Source: Vicugna vicugna (lineage: Eukaryota). From it: DNA of 64,000 nt. The position numbers and the translations under genes are program-made. The notes beneath the pieces are model-generated. The model searched no databases. It was not told the DNA's origin and worked only from the letters and a program-made list of their open reading frames with translations. Of the stretch, positions 38,518 through 49,897 are shown piece by piece. The DNA lies in NCBI GenBank assembly GCA_013265495.1, contig MU057930.1, forward strand, positions 884,057-948,056, given 5' to 3'. How positions within the stretch are numbered: the stretch's first letter is position 1; each line of letters starts with the position of its first letter.

Positions 38518-40944
38518 ATTATATTGGAAACTCAAGGCGAGAGGCCATTTTTTTTTAAAACAATGAAATGTTGTGAGGTTAACAGAGGTTACACACAGGA
38601 GTGAGATGAGTCTTTTGACCGTAGAGATGTTGGGAGTTGCCAGACGGATACAGGCAGTAAGTGCTGATTCCCGTATTCACGTATTGATCTGTATGCTTCA
38701 TTGGTAGAGACGTATCAGAGGGTTGTTTATCAGACCATAATGAAGAGAAGAAATCAAACCAAGCGGCAATGATGTGGTCTGGGAGGCATGTTTCTGACCC
38801 CAAATATTCTAAACACAGTGAGGCATCATTGCCACAGTATCTGGCAACTCAGATCTCTGGGCTTTGGTGGGAAGTGTGGGTTGTCACTGATCTACCTGAG
38901 AAGCCAGGTCGGCCTGTGGCCATTCTGATTACGGACAGTGGAATATTATTCAGCCATGAAAAATGAGGGATTCTTTCCATTTGTGACACCATGAGTGGAC
39001 CCTGAGGTTAACAAGGTCCTAAATTCCTGTGCACAGGGAGATGAAGGTGGACAATGACTTTGGTCAGAGAAACCTCAAAAAATATCTTGTCCCTGAGGCA
39101 GTCTTTGAGGACCAGTCTTGATGAGACTGGACACCGGTGATGTTGGCCCAGAGCAGCCACCTGAAGAAACACGTAAAGAGAAAACCACGACTTTGTTTTT
39201 CTTATGGTTCCGTGTCTCCTTCTCAGCTTCGTCTAGTGAGTTTAGCCTGTGGCCATTGATGTGTAAACCCGCCGTGTGCTCTTAGCATCTCCCCTTGGAA
39301 CCTCTCGATCCTGCATTATAAAATCCAGGCGATTTACCTGTTCTCTTTACCTGGATTCCCTAGTAAGTCGGAGATATTTAAAGTTCTGGACGATGGCTTA
39401 AATTCTCCACTGAGGGCACTAGGGGGCAGAAGACTAGAGAAATGCACTGGGGCCGGGGGTGAAGGGAGTTGGCTACTTGGCCAAGAGCCCAGAAACAATG
39501 GGAGACAGAGTACATAGCTCAGCCGAAACCACCCAGGGGCCTCGGGGTAAGGAGGTGACTTTACCAAGACACTGCTTCAGAATCAAGCAACGCAAAGCTG
39601 TGTCTGTGTCTTTTTCTCGGTCCCCAGGGAAGTCTGGGGCCATAGTCACCGCAGAAGGAAATACAGCATTACTACAACTGCCTCCAATTTACGAACCCCA
39701 CATCATAGCATCATTATTTCAGCCTAAAGTATTTCCACGTCCGAGCAAATAAATCATGCAATTTATCTGGAAATGTGTCATTCTTTTCCTTCCCTCCCTC
39801 CCTCCTTCCTTCTTTCCTTCCTTCTACTTTTGTAAAAAAAAAATTTGGGGCAGAAGATAAGGGTGAAAGGGAATTCAAACAAATCTAAAAAGGGCACAGT
39901 GAAAGTTGAAAGGTTGAAAGCCCCTTTGATGCAAAGTTCCATCACCAACACAGCTTCTTCAAAGCAGAGCCCCAGATGCAGTGCCCTCCAGAAGATTCAA
40001 TTTTTGCACATTAATATTTCAAGGTAGGTCTTTAGAGGCGTGAGATGTGGGCATCAGGACACACGTGACCTTGTCTGTGTTAGTACGTGACGGATCACTG
40101 ACCCCGCATCTTTGAAAAATGCAGCCCCAAATGCTTTTCGCTCACTCTCCCAGCGTGGAAATTTAAAATCTTCCTGCAGAATTTAATGTGTTGATAGACT
40201 CATTTCTCTTAACATATAAGAACTTACGTATATGCATAGTACTTTAGAAATATCTTCACCTATAGGTGTGTGTTTATATACATATATATACACAATTTTA
40301 CTTTAGCACGATAACTTTGGGAGATGATAGTGGAGTAGTGTGAGAATTTCAGATCAGAAAATGAAGATATTTTTAACTTATTTGACCCACCTTCTTTCTA
40401 GGAAATATCAAATGGCAGGGTAGTTAGCAGAGATCAACAACCAGGGGGCATTTTCATCGTTAACGCATTCGAGTAAAGGAATTCCTCGTGCTTCCTGCTG
40501 TTGGCGGCGGCGGTGGTTTCATTTCGGATTATACGCAGAGCCCATTCTCAGGCTCAACGAGTCTCACCGGAATGGTGGTTCTGTGTTTTCCTTCCTCTAT
40601 CTGTGAAGCTCTAATTAAAAAGAGCTTAGTTACTGAAGGACCTCCTTTCTGCTATTGTGTACAAATTGCAGATTACTTAGGCAAATGGAGATTTCTAATA
40701 TTAAGTGAGATCAAAACACAATTGTTTTTCATTAGTCGGGACTGTATTTAGAAGGGTCGATCGTGCATCCTGGGCTGTTGGGACGGCCATCCCCCGGGGC
40801 ACCCGTGCCTTACCCCCAAACGGCAAATCAAAACCGAGATGGTGCAGTCATTGTCCCCACCAAGCTGGGGGTCTCCACTTAGTTTTGCAGAGAGAATACA
40901 GAAGTGTATGAAGGTACCGTCCAGGCAAAGTAGGCATCATCGGG

Positions 40945-41118
40945 TCCAGAGAGTCTTAAACTTTGACGTGCATGAAAAATCACACGGTAATCTTGTTCAA
41001 ACATCGATTCCCACCCAGCACGGGTGGGAGCTGGGGGCTGTGCATTCAGTTTTCACAAGCTCTTTGGTGGGGGTAGTGCTGGTCCTCCCCCCAAAAGCCC
41101 ACCCTTGGAGTAGTGAGA
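40945..41118. mobile_element. MER5A-like hAT MITE
   Basis: tcttaaactttgacgtgcatgaaaaatcac..cttgttcaaaca..gattccc..ttttcacaagctc..cacccttggagtag. Confidence 0.6.
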
Positions 41119-41454
41119 GTCTCTGCTGGACCCGCAACTCATTTCACCTTGGAGGGTTCTTGTCTGCAGACCACACGGTCCATGGATGGCCTCTCTCAAT
41201 CTTTGCTTCATGGTGGCACCTTCCAGTCTGACTCCCAGAGGTTGATTATGTCATGATGACCTATGTATACACATAGCATAACGGTGTGCACACACCCGCT
41301 CTGGCATATGGCACAATTACGTTTTGAGGGATATATATGTTTTATGTGTATTATATGCATGGTCACACGTATACGTATCCAGCATGATTTATTATGAGGA
41401 ATGGAAATGTACCTATTATACATATTATATATACTATCTACTGGTCTACTTACC

Positions 41455-41759
41455 TACCGCCTATCTACCTATCATGAAGTATCTCTCATCTATCTGTCTC
41501 TACACCTGACTGTCTGTCTGTCTGTGTATCTATCTATCCATCTATCTACCTACCTACCTACCTATCATCTATCCATCTAATCTATCTGTCTGTCTGTCTA
41601 TCTATCTAATCTATCTACCTGTCTGTCTACCTATCTATCTATCCATCTAATCAATCTATTATCTATCTATCGATCTATCTATCTATCTATCTATTTATCT
41701 ATGTCTGTCTGTCTGTCTGTCTATCCATCCATCCATCTAATCAATCGATCTACCAGTCA

Positions 41760-41812
<53 letters not shown>

Positions 41813-42025
41813 CCTATCATCTGTCCATCTAATCTGTCTGTCTGTCTAATCTATGAATCGATCTATCTACCTACCTGTCTGTCTGTCTACCTATCTATCT
41901 ATTTATCTATCCATCCATCCATCTAATCAATCAATCAGTTAATCAATCTATGTATCCATCTATCTGTATCTATCTACCTACTTATCATCTATGTCCTATC
42001 ACCTATCTGTCTATGTAGTATCTAT
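41455..42025. repeat. Large compound (TCTA/TCTG/TCCA)n microsatellite, ~570 bp
   Basis: Directly visible. Confidence 0.95.
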
Positions 42026-42454
42026 AAACAAGAATTACAGCTGCAGTATAATTTTTTAAAAATATATTGCCACATCCTCTTTCTTTCTTTTCTGCTTGGC
42101 CTGAGGTTCTTCCTTGTAAACAACTTTTCCTTCTCCAATCCCATCACTTCTCTTTATCCACAAAAAGCAAAACCCATTTTTTTTTACCTCTAATTTTCTC
42201 TTATCTACGAGACCTGGCCACTTCTTTCCATAGTGATATTCTGGGCCATTGTTTTCCTTCCAGCATCAGCACAGTCTATGACAAAGAGATGAGTTTCTCG
42301 ACCATGTTGTTTTTCATGGAATAATATGGAACCTGGCTATAGAAGAATCTCATTTTGGAGGAAGGTGTTTGTTTTCTGGCAAGACAAGCCTCTTAACATA
42401 TAACTCTAGCTTCTTGGCTGAAATGAGAATCATTATCTGTTTTTTGTTTTTTTT

Positions 42455-42645
42455 TTTACTTTTTATAAAAAATTGATACATTTGATGTACAGTACTATAT
42501 ATCTTTCAGGTGTATAACATAGTGATTCACGATTTTTAAAGTTATACTCCATTTATAATTACTATAAAATACTGGCTGTATTCCACATATTGAGCAATAT
42601 ATCCTTGAAGCTTATGTATATTATACACAGTAGTTTGTAGTTAGA
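42455..42645 (-). mobile_element. L1 3' end fragment
   Basis: ttcaggtgtataacatagtgattcacgatttttaaagttatactccatttata... Confidence 0.8.
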
Positions 42646-43329
42646 ATTGTTACCTTTTTTAAATATGTCTTGGGACACACTTGGAATCCAGACGCCGGTT
42701 GAACCAACTTGAGTCAAGACAGCACAGTTTGGCTTTCATTGTATTGGAAATCGTGCTGCTTCTGTTAACAGTTTTGCCGTTCTCATATTCCAGCTTCTTG
42801 TTTTGAGAAGTCACAAGGGGCTTCTGTGTCTTAAGCATGGAATGCTGGAAATCTAGGACCCGTTTGCTTTGAAATGACATTCATTCTAGACAAGCTATCT
42901 TTATCCCACAGGATGTTTTATCTCGTGGCGTGTCTTCTCATTACTAATAATTTACACACGAGGTCTCCACACCCACAACTTCTTCAAACACTTTGCACAG
43001 CTGTCTTCCATCAAAAAAAAAAAATAGGAGTGTAATTCTAGTTATGAGAAAACATTCTTGCAAATGGTGCTGACTGAAAGGCAGCCACTGAGCTGGTTGT
43101 GTCCTGCCCACGTTGACTGAGCTAGGAAACTTGTCCTTAGGACAATGGTCTGCTTTATTTTGCTTTTCTCTTTTTGATCAGTGAGTGTCTAAAGGAATTT
43201 TGTGCAGTTGAAGCTTCCATGAAGCACCTGGGCTGTCTAAAACGGTACGACTCGTTACCATGCACCTGTCCAGATTCTAGAGAAAAGGAATTCAACTTTT
43301 GACAGGACGTACTAACACCGCATTGCAGA

Positions 43330-43462
43330 GGGAGGGTAGAGCTCAGTGGTAGAGCATGTGCTCAGCATGCATGAGGTCCTGGGTTCAATCCGCACTACCA
43401 CCGTTAAAAAATTAATAAAAATAAAAACCTAATTACGTCCACCTCCCTCCAAAAAAAAATTT
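43330..43462 (+). mobile_element. Vic-1-like SINE
   Basis: gggagggtagagctcagtggtagagc...gggttcaatcc; TSD gcattg(c/t)aga at 43320 and 43463. Confidence 0.9.
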
Positions 43463-46069
43463 GCATTGTAGACAATGGTTCAGCACAGGACGTAATTTTG
43501 TGGTCTGTGACTAAAACCCACGACCGCCCCAACGTCTGATCTCCTTTCAAGTCAGGTCCACTGGCCTGCCCACAATGGGGCCTCTGCTTTTTCTTAAGGC
43601 TGACATTTCTTGACTAGGTTCAAAGCAGAAATGGCTAGCGTTTGTGTTCCTTATTCTCTCGTGTACTTGGAGGTAAAAGTATTCTGATGGGTTTTTCAAT
43701 AGACGCGTGTGTTTCTTACTGAAATATTTCATCATGGGTGTTAATCAATGCTCCTGGTTCTTAGCTGTAATGTGGCTCCTTTTACACTGATCTTGAGATG
43801 TGAACTATGACCACACACACACACTTATCCATCCATCCATCCATCCATCCATCCATGTAAACACACAGGTATGTTTGCTGAGAGAGAGAGCGATTGCCAG
43901 TGCTTTCCAGCCTGATAAATTCGCCTTGGGAGTCTCCGCTCTGTATTACTGATGTGTTCATTGCAACGCAGCTATGGAGAGAATTCGACACAGCATAATT
44001 GACTTGAAGGTCACTGCTGCATTTTAATAATACATTGAAGGGAAGTCATCCAGCTGATCAAATAGTAGTAACACCCACTTAAGAGGGAAAAGAATCCCCT
44101 GTGAAAACAGATCCGTACCGCGAGAGCTCTCTTTTGTGAGTCCTTTGCATTCAGATTGGTTTTCTGAGAGCAGAGATAAATACAGCTGGCCTTTCCGCAA
44201 ACACAGAGGCGCTCCCCAAATCATGACCCTCGTCTTAAAGGACCTAACGAATATTAGAAAGACGTGGGAGGGTCCACTAGCAGAACGCGCACTTCCCCAG
44301 AAGAGGCTGGCTGTCGAAGTCTTTTATTTCCATATTGGCTTCTGTTCTATCAGAGCATGTGGATGGGAATTTTTTTGTTTTTACAATACCACCCCACTCG
44401 AGTTAAGACCTTGTCCTTTGCTTTTTAATAGCATCTCTTTTGGAAGGAAGAGGAAATTAAATCTATGGGGCGTGCACGGGTGTAGAGGTGTTTCCGGGAG
44501 GTCCCTGAGGGTGCACACAGACCGAGGCGATGAAGGGACACCAGCTGAGGCTGTTCAGATTAATTCCTGATGCGCGCGTGTCCCTCATTTCCATGGTGGC
44601 AATAAGACAGATGATCTAGAAAGAATAAGACACAAGGTTCTCTGCTCTTCCTTTTCTCAAAAACATAACCTACTGTGCACCCAGGCCCTAGAATATCTAT
44701 AAATTAAAAAGAAAAAGTACCACGGTAAGTAGAGCATTAAGGGAGGTTGGCAGCTCAACAGTACATTCCAGTATGGCCGAGATCTTGAGTAACACACAAA
44801 GACCGGCATGAGTTTGAACTTCTGCAAGGTTGATAAATGTCTTTTCAAATGCATGGGTTGGGAAAATGTTCATACAGATGTGTGTTTTTCCATTAAAAGG
44901 GAAACCACAGGTGTTTTTTTTGGTGCTCATGATTTCCTTCCATTGTCTCAACTTAAATAACAGACCAGCTTCCTGTCCGCCTGACTCTGGTGATTTGGTA
45001 CAGTTTATCACCTACGTACCTTCATTTCCAGTCAGCGCTCAGTAGAGCACGCGGTGCCTTGAGGGTGTGTGAGATGGGAAACGCTTATACTGACGTATGC
45101 AGCTTTCTGGAAGGTCCCTGCACAAGGAGATCCAGGGAAGTTCCGCATTTTTGCTTCGGTTTGAGCAGAAAGCGGTGAAGCTGGGATGCTGGGTGGGCGA
45201 GGATGCAAAAACCGCCTGCCTTGCTGCTCTATTTTGACGCTCTCCTTTGTTGACCTGGGGACCTCCTCTCCTCAGGCAGGTTCTCTCCTGCTGCACTGTG
45301 CGCTCGTCAATATGAACTCTCCATCAAAGTTAGCAGGTAATTCTTCTACTGGTATGAAGATCTGAAGCCTGAACGACCAGGCTCCTGGCAGCGGTAATCG
45401 CTCCTGAGGGCGTAAGTCTGCTCCATGTCTCCCGTGGGTGGTGAACGCCCTCAGGTTTCAACAGTGACCCTGCGAATAAATGCATATATGTTTATATACA
45501 TATATATAGACTTAAATACACATATTTTATTATTTACATTTATATTTAAGTGCACTAGAATTCTATCCCAGCTGCTCAGTTGTTATGGGTAGTTATTTAT
45601 CATACATTCTGGAAATTATATTCTTTCAGGACAGAGGGTGGGGGTACTATAGCATAATTCAGAGCACTGTGACTCTCTCTATGTAGATTTTTTTGCTTTC
45701 CTTTTTTAAATGCAAAAAGCCAAGGAAGGTACCATGCATTGCTAACATGATTAGCATTCGGAAGGACATCTCGATCTGAATGGATTGTTGTATCGTATTG
45801 TAAATGCAACCGTGAGCTGCGTTATCAGTGGGGATTCGCCCATTACTTCCTCATCCACAGAACGGAGATTCTGTCCCAGTGGCATCGTGCTGAGCCTAGG
45901 AAATGCAGGGCGTTTTCCTGTGTGTCGAGAACATTTGACGTGTGATGATGATGATCATTCTTCCTCTTAACATGTTTCACAATGTGCAATGGCATATGGT
46001 TAGCTATAGGTGCTACTTGTTACAGCAGCTTTCCAGAACTTATTCCCCTTGCATATTGAAAACTTTGTC

Positions 46070-46622
46070 TCTATGATAAGGTGTTACTATCCAAAATGTA
46101 TGAGAAATTTATGTAACTCAAAAAACAAATGACCTGATTTAAAAGTTGGGCAGAGGACCTGGACAGACAGTTCTCCAAAGGAGACATATCAATGGCCAAC
46201 AAGTACGTGAAAAGATTCTCGAAATCACTAATCATCAGGGAAATGCCAGTCAAAACCACAATAATATATAATCTTGTGTGTTATGATGCTATCATGAAAA
46301 ATACAAGAAATAACAAGTTTCGATGAGGTTATGGAGAAATTGAAACCTTTGTACACTATTGGTGGGAATGTAAATTGGTGCCGCCAGTGTGGAAAACAGT
46401 ATGGAGTTTCTTCAAAAAAAAAAAAACAACAACCTAAAAATAGAACCATATGATCCAGTAATCCTGTTTTGGGCGATATGCCCTCAAAAATGGAAATCAG
46501 GATTTTGAAGAGAACCAGAAGCAACCCCATGTTCATTGTAAGATTATTCACAATAGCCAAGACATGGAAATGACCCAAGTACCCATTGTGGATGAATGGA
46601 CAGATAAATGTTACGTATAGTT

Positions 46623-46661
<39 letters not shown>

Positions 46662-46710
46662 TTTACATGCAGTGAAATCTTATTCCACCTTAAAAAAGAA
46701 GGAAATCCAT
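46070..46710 (+). mobile_element. Older L1 ORF2 3' fragment
   Basis: tgggcagaggacctggacagacagttctccaaaggagacatatcaatggccaac...ggtgggaatgtaaattggtg. Confidence 0.88.
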
Positions 46711-46814
46711 AAGGCTTTTATGAATCAACCTTCTTTCCTTCCCTGCTGCGGGTGAGGGTTGAGGTTCCTGATATGCACAATGAATATCTCTTAAAATACC
46801 TTAAAAGGTTTTAA

Positions 46815-47408
46815 AAATTCTAATTCAGAAAGATACATGCTCCCCAATGCTCACAGCAGCACTATTTTCAATCGCCAAGACAGGGAAGCAACCTAAATTT
46901 CCATCAACAGAAGACTGGATAAAGAAGTTGTGGTATATGTATACAATGGAATACTACTTAGCCATAAAAAAGAATGAAATCATGCCATTTGCACCAAAAT
47001 GGATGGACCTAGAGATTATCATACTGAGTGAAGTAAGCCAGACAGAGGAAGACAACTGTCATATGGTATCAGTTATACATGGAATCTAAAAAATGATATA
47101 AATGAATCTATTTACAAAACAGAAACAGACTCAGACACAGAAAACAAACCTATGGTTATCTAAGCGGAAAGGCAGGGGAGGAATAAATTAGGAGTTTGTG
47201 ATTAGCAGATACTAACTTCTACATACAAAATAGATTAACAGCAACGATTTACTGTAAAACACAGGGAACAACATTCAATATCTTGTAATAATCTAACGGA
47301 AAAGAATCTGAAAAAAAAAATGGAGTCACTTTGCTGTACACCTGAAACTAACACAATATTTTAAATCAACTCTATTTAAATAAAAAAGAAACAAACAAAC
47401 AAAAAAAT
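46815..47408 (+). mobile_element. L1 3' end (ORF2 C-terminus plus 3'UTR)
   Basis: ORF 46847-47089 (MLTAALFSIAKTGKQPKFPSTEDWIKKLWYMYTMEYY) is the L1 ORF2 C-terminus; A-rich tail. Confidence 0.95.
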
Positions 47409-47999
47409 TACCTGGACCAAGAGAAACAGAGATTGCTTTTTACACTCATTTTTAAAAAAATATCACCTGGATTTAGATATATAAGTAAAAGTGTGTATCC
47501 ATTTCACCCTCTCCCTGGATGGATAATCTTCTGTCCTCTTTGAGCTGAGATCCAGAAAGAGAAATAGGGGTGGCGGATTATGAAATGCATTATAAAAATG
47601 AGGGTATCTGGCTTCGGCCAACTTACTCCAGTTGACCTTGACTGTCCTTGCCACTGTATTAGCCTCTCTGGGAAAACCAGGGGCCTCACTAGGAACACCA
47701 TGGATGAGTCTAGAACACGTAGCAGGAAATGCGATAGCTTCTTCCCATGTGCAAACTTTATAAAATGCAGTGCATTGCGTGAAACTCTCAGTGGTTAGAA
47801 GACGTATCAGATATTCTGAGAGTCACATAACACTGGAAATGTTAATAATGTCGGCAGTGTGTACAAAATACATGATGCGTGTAACATGTTTTATATACTT
47901 AAAATATAAGAAACATTAATAATTTGATGATGTTTTGAAAACACACTCAAATGTTTCATTAAAAAATACACAGCCCTGAAATTTGCCTTTCCTTCCTTT

Positions 48000-48163
48000 T
48001 TTTTAAAATTTATTTATTACTGTATTACTGAATTATTTTATTTTAGCAGGGGGTGTGAGGTAGTTACGTTTATTTATTTTTCAGAGGAGGGACTGGGGAT
48101 TGAACCCAGGACCTCGTGCATGCTAAGCAGGCGCTCTACCACTTGAGCTGTACCCTCCCCACT
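48000..48163 (-). mobile_element. Vic-1-like SINE
   Basis: ggggattgaacccaggacctcgtgcatgctaagcaggcgctctaccacttgagctgtaccctcccc; TSD ccttccttt at 47991 and 48164. Confidence 0.92.
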
Positions 48164-48974
48164 CCTTCCTTTGTATTTTGCGCCAAGTGGTAAACGGACG
48201 GGACCCCCTAATTTGGGGTTTGTAGTACGCCTTAGAGTGAAATTCGCCTCTTCCAATAGCAAATCCATCCTTTCTTTCTGACTCTTCCCTATGAAATACA
48301 GCATCACGATGCAGCGCAGACATGGCCATGGTGCCTCATTTTAAACTTGGTCGTATACGAGGGGGCAGCACATGTGGGGGGTGACTTTTATTAATTGGCA
48401 TAATTTGTCAGGACTTCTGGAAGCCATGTGTTCAATCTGACCAAAATCGCAGCAACTAATCATGTAATCTTCAGATCAGGGACCAGTGTCGCTGATGTCA
48501 CAACCAGAGTCAGTTCTGGGGATGGCAGCTGCCCGGTGCCTGGTTTATTCCAGATACCTGTCTGCTGGCGCCAAAGGACTGTAAGTTTTAGCTACTCAGA
48601 AAATACCACCTTTATGTTTGAATGACCACATTCACTGGGTGTAGAAAATCTATGTTTCTTTTTTTCCCCCTTTTTCCTGGAACCCCTTGCTACTCACGCC
48701 TCAGCTAGGAAGGACATCTCTCTCTGTACATGCACTTATTAAAAAATTCATTGTATCCATTTCCCGCTCACAGCCCCGTAAGTACAGGGGAAGCTCCCCT
48801 TATTCTGGGTTTTCCCCTGTGTTGCTTTTCTTGAGCAGGGCCCTGTGGGGCTTCCCAGGACAGACCACCCCGCGTGTCCTCCACCTGCTTCTTGTTTGTA
48901 CAAAAAAAAAAGAAAGAAAGAAAGAAAGAAAAGAAACACTCTACTCTCCAAGGGTTCCCCAGGTTCCAAAGAGC

Positions 48975-49477
48975 AGATTAAACCAGAGGAGTGAGCAAAT
49001 GCAGACACAAAGGCAAGCAGTCAAGCCAGGCAGAGTAACGCTCGCTTAGCCGTTCAGCACAGTCAAGGACCTTCTGTTCCTCCCTAAGGGCTGCACGTCA
49101 TACTCTGAGCCGTGTTCTTTGAGCTGTGTTGCAGATGCTAAAGCCCCACCAGGGGGGAGGACTCAACTGTGTGCCGCCCACAAGCGCGCAGACCCCACCG
49201 CACCTGCAGGAAGTAGCAGTTTGGTGACCTTGACCCCTGATGACCTCAGCACCCGCCAATCAGAAGACCGTCCGCGGGCTGATCACACGTCCCCGGCCCC
49301 CCTCTCTCACCCTGTCTGTCAAAGACCTTTCTGTGACAGCGACCAGGGAGTTGGGGTCTTTTGAGCACCGGCTGCCCCGGGCTCCTTGCTTGGCGCCTGC
49401 TGTAAACGCCGCTCTTCCTTTCAGGCATAATGTGGGTTGTAGTTCAGTAGAAACCCCAAACTTCGGGTTTCAGTGAG
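48975..49477 (+). mobile_element. ERV1-type solo LTR adjacent to the EBLN 3' end
   Basis: Same family and orientation as 37972-38517 (cagtcaaggacctt..gggctgcacgtca..ctttgagctg..cccaccagg); CCAAT (gccaatcag ~49256); ends ..ttcgggtttcagtgaga; 5' boundary approximate. Confidence 0.7.
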
Positions 49478-49897
49478 AGATGAGAATTCATACTCGGGTG
49501 CTTTCAGTCAAAAACTGACCCCAGGATAAACCAGGGGGCGCCGAGGGACGCTAACACTGAGAAGGAGAGGCAGCCGGCAAAGAATAGGATTTCAGATTGA
49601 AAAAACCAGCCCGTGCCGCATCCCCCAGGGGAACTCCGGGGCACGGGTGACATCGCAGCGTTCGTCCATCAAAAGGCCCGAGACGCATCCCTCATCCGTG
49701 CGCTGGGTACGGGACCTCCCAGGGGCACCAGCTCTCAGGGATTTGTAAGTTTTCTGAGCGCTGTGGCAACGAGTCCACTGGGGTGTGTGTGTGTGAGAAA
49801 GACCACAAGTGTGCACTGTCATGGGCAGGGAACCCGGGAGGTGGAGGAAGGGACCCTAGGACTGGTGAGATGGCTCCCTAGGGGACCTGGCTGAAAG

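Noticed and set aside
37972..49477. Two related, same-orientation LTRs 11 kb apart as one provirus
   Set aside because: They are highly divergent, and the interval has no PBS or gag/pol/env signal, only unrelated repeats. Independent solo LTRs are more likely.
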